Shown: positions 16,761-24,931 of the stretch, piece after piece
Position numbering within the stretch: the stretch's first letter is position 1
Layout: the number at the start of each line of letters is the position of its first letter
IMG/VR virus record: IMGVR_UViG_3300037311_000497
Location: 1-41,958 of that record
DNA length: 41,958 bases
From: a virus
Taxonomy: Duplodnaviria > Caudoviricetes
Strand: one strand, 5' to 3'
Made by a program: the position numbers and the translations under genes
The notes under the pieces: generated by a model
Database searches by the model: none
Seen by the model: only the letters and a program-made list of their open reading frames with translations
What the model was told of the DNA's origin: nothing

Positions 16761-18421
16761 GCGCCCCGGTTTCCGAGGCAGACTGGGCGCGCCTGCGGGC
16801 CGAGGCCACGGCCGCCATGCCCGATGTCGTGGCGGCCGTCGGTCTGCCCGCCGTGCTGCTGCCCTATCAGCAGCGGGCGGTCGCCCTGCTCGACACCGCC
16901 GCGACCCCGGTCCTGTTCGTCGAGAAGAGCCGCCGCATCGGCCTGACCTGGGCGCTGGCCGCCTATGCCGTGCTGCGCGCCGGGCGCCAGCGGTCGGCAG
17001 GCGGGATGGACGTGATGTACATCTCCTATGCCCGCGAGATGACGCGCGAGTTCGTCGACGCCTGTGCCATGTGGGCGCGCGCCTTCGACATCGCGGCCGG
17101 GGCGGCCGAGGAGGTGCTGTTCGACCAGGACGACGATGCCAAGGCGATCAACGCCTTCCGCATCCGGTTCGCCAGCGGCTACGAGATCATCGCCCTGTCC
17201 TCCGCGCCCCGCGGCCTGCGTGGCAAGCAGGGTGTGGTGATCATCGACGAGGCGGCCTTCGTCGACCAGCTGGGCGAGCTTCTGAAGGCGGCGCTGGCCT
17301 TCCTGATGTGGGGCGGGCAGGTCGTGGTCTGTTCCACCCACGATGGCGCCGAGAATCCGTTCAACGCCGCCGTGCAGGACATCCTGGCGGGCCGGTCGAA
17401 ATACGCGCACCTGCGCATCGATTTCGACCAGGCGCTGCAGGACGGGCTGTACCAGCGCATCAGCCTGGTCACCGGCAAGCCGTGGACGCCCGAGGCCGAG
17501 GCCGCCTGGCGGCAGTCGATCATCGACTTCTACGGCGACGGCGCGGACGAGGAACTGTTCTGCATCCCCTCGCTGACCTCCGGCGCCTGGCTGGCAGCAC
17601 CCCTGATCGAGGCGCGGATGACCGAAAAGCGCGAGGTCCTGCGCCTGACCCTGCCGCAGGACTTCCTGCACCGGGACCGGGTGACGCGGGCGTCCCTGCT
17701 GTCCCCGTTCATGGAGGCGCTGGAGGCGCAGCTGGAGGCGCTGGACCTGACGCCCCAGTTCGCGCTCGGCAGCGACTTCGGCCGCTACGTCGACCTGTCG
17801 GCGATTTCGGTCCTGGCCATCGAGGCGCAGATCAAGCGCCGCGAGGTGCTGTCGGTCGAGCTGCGCGGCGTGCCGATCGAGGAGCAGAAGGCGGTCAACC
17901 GCGCGATCCTGCGCCACATCCGGCCGCGCCTGGTGGGCGCCGCCTATGACGCCACCGGGCCCGGGATTTCGGTGTCGGAAGACATGGGCCGCGAGTTCGG
18001 CCTGCGCGACGACCCGGAAGGGCCGGGCCTCGTCATGCAGGTCAAGTTCTCCGAGGACTGGTACCGCCTCAACATGCCGCCCCTGAAGGCGGCCTTCGAG
18101 GACGATGCCATCGCGATCATCGCCGATGCGGAGCATCTGGCCGACCTGCGCATGGTCAAGGTGATCCGCGGCATCGCCCGCGTGCCGCCGCAGCGGCAGG
18201 AAGCAACCGGCGGCAAGCGGCACGGCGACCATGCCATCGCGCTGGCGCTGGCGCATTTCGCGAGCCGGATGCGATGGGTCGAATATGACTACCGCGCCGC
18301 GCCGCGGACCGACGCGGCAGCCAGCCGCGGCACGAGCATGTTCGCCGACGACGACGATTTCGCCACCGACCGCCCCTGGTACCGCCCGCCGCTGGGCGCG
18401 GGCATCCGCGGCCTTCCCTGA
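16757..18421 (+). CDS. terL: Terminase large subunit (Mu gp28-like)
   Basis: LLPYQ, EKSRRIGLT, IIDEAAF, GSDFGR, HGDHAIALALA. Confidence 0.93.
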   Translation: MSAPVSEADWARLRAEATAAMPDVVAAVGLPAVLLPYQQRAVALLDTAATPVLFVEKSRRIGLTWALAAYAVLRAGRQRSAGGMDVMYISYAREMTREFVDACAMWARAFDIAAGAAEEVLFDQDDDAKAINAFRIRFASGYEIIALSSAPRGLRGKQGVVIIDEAAFVDQLGELLKAALAFLMWGGQVVVCSTHDGAENPFNAAVQDILAGRSKYAHLRIDFDQALQDGLYQRISLVTGKPWTPEAEAAWRQSIIDFYGDGADEELFCIPSLTSGAWLAAPLIEARMTEKREVLRLTLPQDFLHRDRVTRASLLSPFMEALEAQLEALDLTPQFALGSDFGRYVDLSAISVLAIEAQIKRREVLSVELRGVPIEEQKAVNRAILRHIRPRLVGAAYDATGPGISVSEDMGREFGLRDDPEGPGLVMQVKFSEDWYRLNMPPLKAAFEDDAIAIIADAEHLADLRMVKVIRGIARVPPQRQEATGGKRHGDHAIALALAHFASRMRWVEYDYRAAPRTDAAASRGTSMFADDDDFATDRPWYRPPLGAGIRGLP

Positions 18422-18431
18422 GGAGACGTCC

Positions 18432-18833
18432 ATGGCCTTCCAGTTTTCCACGGGCGTCCGCAACGCCGCCGCCGATGCCGTCGAGACGGCTATCGGCGCC
18501 TCGCCCACGCTCGAGCTGCGCAGCGGCTCGGTCCCGGCCAGCTGCGCCGCCGCCGACAGCGGCACGCTGCTCGCCTCGATGGCGCTGCCGGCCGAATGGC
18601 TTGCCGCAGCATCGGCCGGGGCCAAGGCGCTGGCCGGGACCTGGGCGGACCTGGCCGCCGATGCCGCCGGGACCGCCGGGCACTTCCGGATCAAGGCGGG
18701 GGCCACCTGCCACGTCCAGGGCAGCGTGACCGCGACCGGCGGCGGCGGCGACATGACGCTCGACAACCCGGACCTCGCCGTCGGCCAGGAGGTCACGGTG
18801 ACCGCCTTCACGATCACGGTCGGAGGCGCCTGA
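18432..18833 (+). CDS. Small beta-rich putative virion structural protein
   Basis: GAGGAG RBS; Ala/Gly/Thr-rich; QGSVTATGGGGDMTLDN. Confidence 0.7.
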   Translation: MAFQFSTGVRNAAADAVETAIGASPTLELRSGSVPASCAAADSGTLLASMALPAEWLAAASAGAKALAGTWADLAADAAGTAGHFRIKAGATCHVQGSVTATGGGGDMTLDNPDLAVGQEVTVTAFTITVGGA

Positions 18834-19681
18834 TGGCGATCAGCGCCGACAACGCAGGCAACCAGATCGCCTATGGCCTGGCGGTCAGCAACTCCCGTCT
18901 GGTGATCGACAAGGCCGCGATCGGCAGCACCGTGGCGGGGCAGATGCATTCGCTGTGGCGCGCGACGGGCCAGCCCGGGCAGGGCGCGATCCCGACGGCG
19001 GCCGCGGTCTGCGACCACACGCTGACCGGTTGCTTGGGCTTTGCCCAGCAGACCGCGCCCGTGACGAGCTACCTCGCCTCTCTGGAGGCGACGAACGCGA
19101 ACAACGTCACGAGCATCGAGGTCCACGACCGCCTGATGCACATGGGCGGGCTGTCCGGCACGGTCACCACGGCGCAGACGGCCAACGTCGATCTCCATGC
19201 GAACCTTGGAACCTCCAACCTCGCGGAGCGGATCGGCGATGCGAACTACAGCGACGTCCAGTGGTGGCTGGAATGGTATGCCGACACCGGAGCTACGGTT
19301 GCCACCGCGACGGTGGCCGTCACCTACAATGACGGCTCGACCGGCAACCTGACCGGGGTTTCGCTGGCCGCCACCCGGCGCGCATCGTTCTTGCAGCCGC
19401 TCAACGGGCTGATCCCCGCCGCTGCGGCGGGCAAGTTCATCCGGGACGTGGACAGCGTGACCCTGTCGGTCTCGACCGGCGCGGCGGGCAACTTCGGGGT
19501 GACCGCGTCACGGCTTCGCGGGTCCCTGGTGATGCCGCTGGCCAACATGAAATTTTCGGCGGGGTGGGACGCCTTGCCGATCTCCAAAATCCCGAACAGC
19601 TCCTGCCCCTACATCCTGATGCAGGTGGGCGGCACCACGACCGGCGCGCTGCGCGGCGGCGGAAAGATCATTCACGTATGA
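18833..19681 (+). CDS. Putative virion structural protein (282 aa, beta-rich)
   Basis: GGAGG RBS and TGATG overlap; Thr/Ala/Gly-rich. Confidence 0.7.
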   Translation: MAISADNAGNQIAYGLAVSNSRLVIDKAAIGSTVAGQMHSLWRATGQPGQGAIPTAAAVCDHTLTGCLGFAQQTAPVTSYLASLEATNANNVTSIEVHDRLMHMGGLSGTVTTAQTANVDLHANLGTSNLAERIGDANYSDVQWWLEWYADTGATVATATVAVTYNDGSTGNLTGVSLAATRRASFLQPLNGLIPAAAAGKFIRDVDSVTLSVSTGAAGNFGVTASRLRGSLVMPLANMKFSAGWDALPISKIPNSSCPYILMQVGGTTTGALRGGGKIIHV

Positions 19682-20409
19682 CCGCGCACCTGCCGATCCT
19701 GACGTCCAGACGCCGCACCGCCGCCCTGCTGCTCGATCCGGGGCTGGCCGGCGAGGTGTTCCGCCGGGACCGGTTTCCGGACGAAGGCCCCGGTGGCGCC
19801 GCCGCGAGCGCGTCGGGCACGCTGCCCCTGAGCGGCGGTGCCGAGGCGCAGAGCCCAGCCAGGGCCGCAGCCGCAGGTGCGCTGCCGCTGACCGGCGCTG
19901 CCACGGGCAAGGCCCGCGCACAAGCGACCGCCGCCGGGACGTTGCCCCTGTCAGGCGCCGCCTCGGGCAGGGCCCGGGCGCAGGCCACCGCCGCCGGGAC
20001 TCTGCCGCTGGCGGGCGCCGCCACCGGTGCCGCGGCGGCGCAGGCTGAGGCAACCGGCATCCTGCCCCTGACCGGAAGCGCCGCGGCCGCCGCGCCCGCG
20101 CAGGCGCAGGCCTCCGGCGCCCTGGCGCTGTCCGGTGCGGCGACGGCGCTTGCCCCGGCGCAGGCGACGGCGGCGGGCAGCCTGCCGGTCACCGGCGCTG
20201 CCACCGGGACAGTGGTGACCCCGGTCGCCGCGGTGCCGCTGATGGTCCGGCCGGGCGTCTGGCGGGCGGCCGTCCGCAACGGGAACTGGCGCCGCGCAGA
20301 GCGCGCGGGCGGATGGCACCTGCCGATCCGTGCCGGGGACTGGCGGCAGACGGCACGGGCAGGCCGCTGGCAGAACAGCCCGCGCCCCGCGATCTGGAGG
20401 GCCGCATGA
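19678..20409 (+). CDS. Ala-rich repeat (fibre-like) protein
   Basis: Seven 20-aa repeats (QATAAGTLPLxGAATG core), then six 9-aa RxGxW-type repeats. Confidence 0.7.
   Translation: MTAHLPILTSRRRTAALLLDPGLAGEVFRRDRFPDEGPGGAAASASGTLPLSGGAEAQSPARAAAAGALPLTGAATGKARAQATAAGTLPLSGAASGRARAQATAAGTLPLAGAATGAAAAQAEATGILPLTGSAAAAAPAQAQASGALALSGAATALAPAQATAAGSLPVTGAATGTVVTPVAAVPLMVRPGVWRAAVRNGNWRRAERAGGWHLPIRAGDWRQTARAGRWQNSPRPAIWRAA
19801..20220 (+). repeat. Degenerate 60-bp tandem coding repeat, about 7 copies
   Basis: CTGCC(C/G)CTG-N3-GG recurs at 60-bp period. Confidence 0.85.
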
Positions 20410-20735
20410 AACCCGACCTGACGATCTGGGACCGTGACACCCTCGGCTATCGCATCCCGGTCACCCGCACCGACACCGGCGCGGCGCTGGACCTGACCGG
20501 GGCCACGGTGACGGTGCGCGCCGCGCGCCTCGACCCCGCAGGCAGCGCCGCGCCGGGCGTGGCCGGGACCGGCAACGTCCCGGTTCCGGCCTCGGGCGAG
20601 ATCGAGGTGTTCTTCGGCAGTGCCGCCCTGGCGCCCGGGACCTGGTCGGTGCAGGTCACGGTGCAGAAGGGCGCCGACATCCAGACGGTCGACGAGGCCG
20701 TCGTGCTGGTCAGGAGGTCGCATGCCGACCCGTGA
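20406..20735 (+). CDS. Small Ig-like / BppU-N-like adaptor protein
   Basis: DTLGYRIPV...ALDLTGATV...GEIEV...GTWSVQVTV pattern. Confidence 0.6.
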   Translation: MKPDLTIWDRDTLGYRIPVTRTDTGAALDLTGATVTVRAARLDPAGSAAPGVAGTGNVPVPASGEIEVFFGSAALAPGTWSVQVTVQKGADIQTVDEAVVLVRRSHADP

Positions 20736-20937
20736 GGCCAGCGCGAGCGGCAGCCGCGACCGGCGCCCGATCCGGCAGCGCCTGGCCGACCATTACAGCG
20801 AGGCCGAGCTGGACCTGTGGCTGTACCGGCCGCAACCGGCGCTCGACGGCCAGCCCCCGAAAAGCCTGGTCGACCAGGGCCGGGCCGAAGAGGTCCACGC
20901 CCTGATCGACCGCATGGATGAAGGATTGCCCCCGTGA
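20722..20937 (+). CDS. Stand-alone Xre/MbcA/ParS antitoxin C-terminal (toxin-binding, DUF2384-like) domain protein, 71 aa
   Basis: AGGAGG RBS before ATG 20722; WLYRPQPALDGQPPKSLV...GRAEEVHALIDRMDEG matches the WLxxPxxxLxGxxPxxL...G...V..L..+..G pattern; stop overlaps portal GTG. Confidence 0.75.
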   Translation: MPTREASASGSRDRRPIRQRLADHYSEAELDLWLYRPQPALDGQPPKSLVDQGRAEEVHALIDRMDEGLPP

Positions 20938-22613
20938 AGCAGCCCCAGCTTGTCGACCGTTTCGGCCGCCCGGTGCAGCGCGCGGTCCTGACCGAAGAGG
21001 TCGCCGCCGCGACCGTCGGCGGCATCCGCAGCCCGGTCACCGGCTATCCGGCCGACGGGCTGAACCCCGAGCGGCTGGCCACCATCCTGCGCGAGGCCGA
21101 TGCTGGGGACGCGCTGCGGTTCTTCGAGCTGGCCGAGTTCATCGAGGAACGGGACGCGCACTACGTGGGCATCCTGGGCACGCGCCGCAGATCCGTGGCC
21201 CAGCTGGAACCGACGGTCGAGGCGGCGTCCGACAGCGCGGCGGACGCCGAGCGCGCCGACCGGGTTCGGGACTTCCTGAAGCGCGACGAGCTGCAGGGGG
21301 AGTTCTTCGACATCCTCGACTGCATCGGCAAGGGCATCAGCTTCACCGAGATCGTCTGGGACAACTCGGAGGGCCAATGGCAGCCCGAGCGGCTGGAACG
21401 GCGCGACCAGCGCTGGTTCCGGTTCGACCGGCGCGACCTGACGACGCCCCTGATGCTGAACGCGACCGGGCAGGAAGAGCCGCTGAAGCCCTGGAAGTTC
21501 ATCGTGGCCTCGATCAAGGCCAAGTCCGGCCTGCCGGTGCGGTCCGGGATCGCCCGGGTGGCGGCCTGGAACTACCTGTTCAAGGCCTTCACGCTGCGGG
21601 CCTGGATGATCTTCACCCAGACCTACGGCCACCCGGTGCGGGTCGGCAAATACGGCGCCGGGGCGACCGAGGCCGACAAGGCGACCCTGTTCCGGGCGGT
21701 GGCCAACATCGGCGGCGACATGGCGGCGATCATTCCGGAATCGATGGTGATCGACTTCATCGAGGCCAGGTCGACCGGGGCGACCTCCGACCTCTTTCTC
21801 CGCAAGTGCGACTGGCTGGACCAGCAGCTGTCCAAGGCGGTGCTGGGGCAGACCGCCACCACCGATGCCGTGACCGGGGGGCTCGGGTCCGGCAAGGAAC
21901 ACCGGCAGGTGCAGGAGGACATCGAGCGCGCCGATGCCGTGGCGCTGGCCGAGGTGATCAACCGCGACCTGATCCGGCCCTGGATGGACCTGGAGTTCGG
22001 CGCGGGCGGCCCCTATCCGCGCCTGGTGCTGGCCCGGCCCGAACCCGAGGACGTCGAGGCCCTGGCGCGCACGGCCGAGGCCGCGGCGCGGATGGGCCTG
22101 CGGGTGTCGAAGTCGGCCGTGATGAAGCGCCTGGGGCTGGACGAGGCGAAGTCCGACGACGACGTCCTGACCCTTGCCGCCCCCGCCTCCGGGGGTGAAA
22201 CGGGCGCCGAAGGCAGCCCGGACGGCAGCGGCACCGACCCCCGGCGCCCGGATCGTGAAATTAAAAGGCAACGCGGCGTTTTTAAAAGGGGTCAGGCCCT
22301 TCTGCGGGGGTCGGTGGCCCTCCAGGCCGAAGGGGCTCCAGCGGCCCTCCCACGCGCGGTTTCCGCCGAGGACCTTCTGGCCGACCGGCTGGCCGTCGAG
22401 GCCGATCCGGGGATGGCCGCGCTGATCGGCCGGATCGAGGCGATGGTCGGGGCCGCCGGGTCGCTGGCCGAGCTGCGCGAGATGCTGCTGGCCGGGTTCC
22501 CGGCGCTTGATGCCGGGCCGCTGGCCGAGGCACTGGCGCTGGGTCTGCTGGGGGCAGACCTCGCCGGGCGGGTCGAGGTGCTGGCGGAGGACGACGCGGA
22601 GGACGGCGGGTGA
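20934..22613 (+). CDS. Portal protein (Mu gp29 / DUF935)
   Basis: EERDAHY.G...RR, YGHPVRVGKY, SKAVLGQT, Mu gp29 position. Confidence 0.92.
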   Translation: MKQPQLVDRFGRPVQRAVLTEEVAAATVGGIRSPVTGYPADGLNPERLATILREADAGDALRFFELAEFIEERDAHYVGILGTRRRSVAQLEPTVEAASDSAADAERADRVRDFLKRDELQGEFFDILDCIGKGISFTEIVWDNSEGQWQPERLERRDQRWFRFDRRDLTTPLMLNATGQEEPLKPWKFIVASIKAKSGLPVRSGIARVAAWNYLFKAFTLRAWMIFTQTYGHPVRVGKYGAGATEADKATLFRAVANIGGDMAAIIPESMVIDFIEARSTGATSDLFLRKCDWLDQQLSKAVLGQTATTDAVTGGLGSGKEHRQVQEDIERADAVALAEVINRDLIRPWMDLEFGAGGPYPRLVLARPEPEDVEALARTAEAAARMGLRVSKSAVMKRLGLDEAKSDDDVLTLAAPASGGETGAEGSPDGSGTDPRRPDREIKRQRGVFKRGQALLRGSVALQAEGAPAALPRAVSAEDLLADRLAVEADPGMAALIGRIEAMVGAAGSLAELREMLLAGFPALDAGPLAEALALGLLGADLAGRVEVLAEDDAEDGG

Positions 22614-24013
22614 CCACCCCGGACCTTGCGGCGACCTTCCGCGCGCCGTTCCGGGCGCAGATCGCGGCGCTGCGGCTGCGGCTGGGCAACCGGTTGCCGA
22701 CCGCGGTCTGGACCGACCTCGACCGCGCGGCGCATGAACGCGCCTTCACCGTGGCCGGGGCGCTCAAGGCCGACCTGCTGGCCGACCTGGCCGAGGCCGT
22801 CGGCCGCGCGATCGAGGAAGGCCGCGGGATCGAATGGTTCCGCACCGAGTTCCGCCGCATCGTCCAGGAGCGCGGCTGGTACGGCTGGACCGGCGAGGGC
22901 ACCGCCAGGGGCGAGGCCTGGCGCACGAAGGTGATCTACCGCACCAACGTGCTGACCTCCTACGCCAGCGGCCGCATGGCGCAGCTGCGCGAGGCGGGCT
23001 ACCGGTTCTGGATTTACCGGCACGGCGGCAGCATCGAGCCGCGCATCCAGCACCTCGGCTGGGACGGGCTGATCCTGGAGCCCGACCACCCGTTCTGGCG
23101 CACCCACGCGCCGCCGAACGGCTGGGGCTGCAAGTGCCGCATCCGCGGTGCCGACACCAAGGCCGGAGCCGTGCGCAAGGGCGGCAGGCCCGGTCTGGAG
23201 CCGCCGCCGGGATACAACACCCCCGACCCCCGCACCGGCGCGCCGCCCGGGATCGACAAGGGCTGGGACTACGCGGTCGGCGCCTCGGTCGCCGACGAGG
23301 TGGCGCAGATTGTCCGGCGGGCGCAGGCGCGGCTGCCGGCCTCTCTGGCCACGGACCTGGGCGATGCAACGCAAGCGCCCGCGGCTCTCGACGCGGCGAT
23401 CATGGAGAGGGACCTGGCGACAATTCTGCCGGACTGGATCGACGCGATACGGCAGACCGCAGGAGCGGCGCCTGCACTGATCGGCGAGGCAGAGCGATTG
23501 GCGCTGGCCGCCTATACGGTGCCTAAGGGTTACCTGGCCCTGAACCGTGCGCTTCGTGGAGAGATCGCCGACGGGCTGGACCGTGCGGCATTCGGCCGAT
23601 GGGAGACCGCCCTCCGCGCGGCGCTGGCGGGCCTGCCGAAAGCAGAGGGCACGGTCTGGCGCGGCATCGACGCGACACCCGACCTGCTGAACCGGTTCTC
23701 GGCGCTCCGGCCGGGTGCAGTTGTCGAGTTCCGCGCCTTTACCTCGACGGCCGCCAGCGAGGCGTCGGCGCTGGGGGGGGAGGTGCTTTTGGAATTGCGC
23801 GGGCGTTCCGGGCGCAGCATCGCACCTTTCAGTTTCATGCCGAAAGAGACCGAGGTTCTGTTCCGCCCGGGGACGCAGTTCCGCGTCGTCGACAGCCGCT
23901 CCGGCGAACGCAATGGCTATGAGGCGTTGATCATGGTATTGGAAGAGGTGACGCCGCTGGAAATAGGCGGCGCGGTGATCGAGAGGATGACGTCCCTTGC
24001 TGGCCTCGGCTGA
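22610..24013 (+). CDS. MuF (gp30) head morphogenesis protein fused to a C-terminal ADP-ribosyltransferase toxin domain
   Basis: MuF: AFTVAG, PRIQHLGWDG...DHPFW.THAPPNGWGCKC; ART: AYT...YLALNRALR, VWRG, FTST, ETEVLF.PG..FRV (R-S-E triad). Confidence 0.9.
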   Translation: MTTPDLAATFRAPFRAQIAALRLRLGNRLPTAVWTDLDRAAHERAFTVAGALKADLLADLAEAVGRAIEEGRGIEWFRTEFRRIVQERGWYGWTGEGTARGEAWRTKVIYRTNVLTSYASGRMAQLREAGYRFWIYRHGGSIEPRIQHLGWDGLILEPDHPFWRTHAPPNGWGCKCRIRGADTKAGAVRKGGRPGLEPPPGYNTPDPRTGAPPGIDKGWDYAVGASVADEVAQIVRRAQARLPASLATDLGDATQAPAALDAAIMERDLATILPDWIDAIRQTAGAAPALIGEAERLALAAYTVPKGYLALNRALRGEIADGLDRAAFGRWETALRAALAGLPKAEGTVWRGIDATPDLLNRFSALRPGAVVEFRAFTSTAASEASALGGEVLLELRGRSGRSIAPFSFMPKETEVLFRPGTQFRVVDSRSGERNGYEALIMVLEEVTPLEIGGAVIERMTSLAGLG

Positions 24014-24299
24014 GCGACCCCCCCCGTTCCTGACAGGCACGGACCAGCGGCATCGCTGGCAGCGGGCAGGGTATGACATCGATGCCGCGACTGCACGGTT
24101 TCGAGCATTCAAGGCAAGGCTTCCGTCGGTGACATCCGGTCTGGCGGCGGATGCGGCAATCCTTGCCTTCTGCGCCGGCGAGCAGGACCTCGCGCGTCAG
24201 CAGGGTGTTGCGGACACCGACCCGGATTTCTGGCGGATCGGCGCGGCCTCCAAGCACATTCTCTGGACCGCACCCCTGGACAGCGCGCCCCTGGCCTGA
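23997..24299 (+). CDS. Hypothetical protein, candidate immunity protein for the MuF-ART toxin
   Basis: Fills the F-G gap; TTG start overlapping the toxin end with GAGAGG 10 nt upstream; start uncertain. Confidence 0.5.
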   Translation: MLASAERPPPFLTGTDQRHRWQRAGYDIDAATARFRAFKARLPSVTSGLAADAAILAFCAGEQDLARQQGVADTDPDFWRIGAASKHILWTAPLDSAPLA

Positions 24300-24323
24300 C
24301 CGTCCGCCCGCGGAGGAGCGGCG

Positions 24324-24827
24324 ATGATCAACCTCGAAATCAACGACGGCGGCCTTCTGGCGGCGATGGCGCGGCTGGAGGCCGGGGTCACGGACATGAC
24401 CCCCGGCATGCTGCGGGTGGCGGATGTCCTGCGCGACGGGGCCGAGGACCGGGGCCAGCGCGGGGTGGACCCGGATGGCAACGCCTGGGCGCCGCGGTCG
24501 CCGGTGACGCTGGCGCGGTATCTGGCCGGCAACGGCAACGGCAGCTTTGGCGGGGTGCTCTACAAGACGGGCGAAATGCTGACGACGCTCGGCACCGACT
24601 ATGGCCCTGACTTCGCGTCGGTCGGCTCAAACGCAATCCAGTCGGCAGTGATGCAGTTCGGCGCGGCGCAAGGCGCCTTTGGCCGGACGTCCCGCAACGG
24701 GCCGATCCCCTGGGGCAACATCCCCGCGCGGCCGTTTCTCGGCCTGTCGGACGACGACCGGCAGGGCATCATCCTGACCATCGACGAATACCTGGACATG
24801 CTGGCAGGCGACGGAACTGCCACCTGA
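24324..24827 (+). CDS. Virion morphogenesis protein (Mu gpG / gp31-like)
   Basis: GGAGGAG RBS; DPDGNAWAP, VGSN..., QFG, IPARPFLG. Confidence 0.9.
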   Translation: MINLEINDGGLLAAMARLEAGVTDMTPGMLRVADVLRDGAEDRGQRGVDPDGNAWAPRSPVTLARYLAGNGNGSFGGVLYKTGEMLTTLGTDYGPDFASVGSNAIQSAVMQFGAAQGAFGRTSRNGPIPWGNIPARPFLGLSDDDRQGIILTIDEYLDMLAGDGTAT

Positions 24828-24838
24828 AGCCCCGCTGA

Positions 24839-24871
24839 AAGCGGCCTTGAAACCCCCTTCAATGGCCGCTT
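24839..24871. repeat. Inverted repeat in the G-I intergenic region
   Basis: AAGCGGCC-TTGAA-accccc-TTCAA-t-GGCCGCTT, 13-bp arms with one bulge. Confidence 0.8.
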
Positions 24872-24931
24872 GACCGAAGCCTGATCGGGCCTCAGGCTCG
24901 CAGCCGATCCCCCCGTTGACCGACCGGACGC

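Noticed and set aside
16385-19198. 937-aa minus-strand ORF
   Set aside because: Antisense shadow of terminase and neighbouring genes
19801-20220. Periodic sequence as a CRISPR array
   Set aside because: Degenerate in-frame coding repeats with no repeat-spacer structure and no cas genes
22278-22289. TTTTTAAAA as a -1 frameshift site in the portal gene
   Set aside because: The portal frame reads GTT TTT AAA, which does not place an X XXY YYZ heptamer in phase
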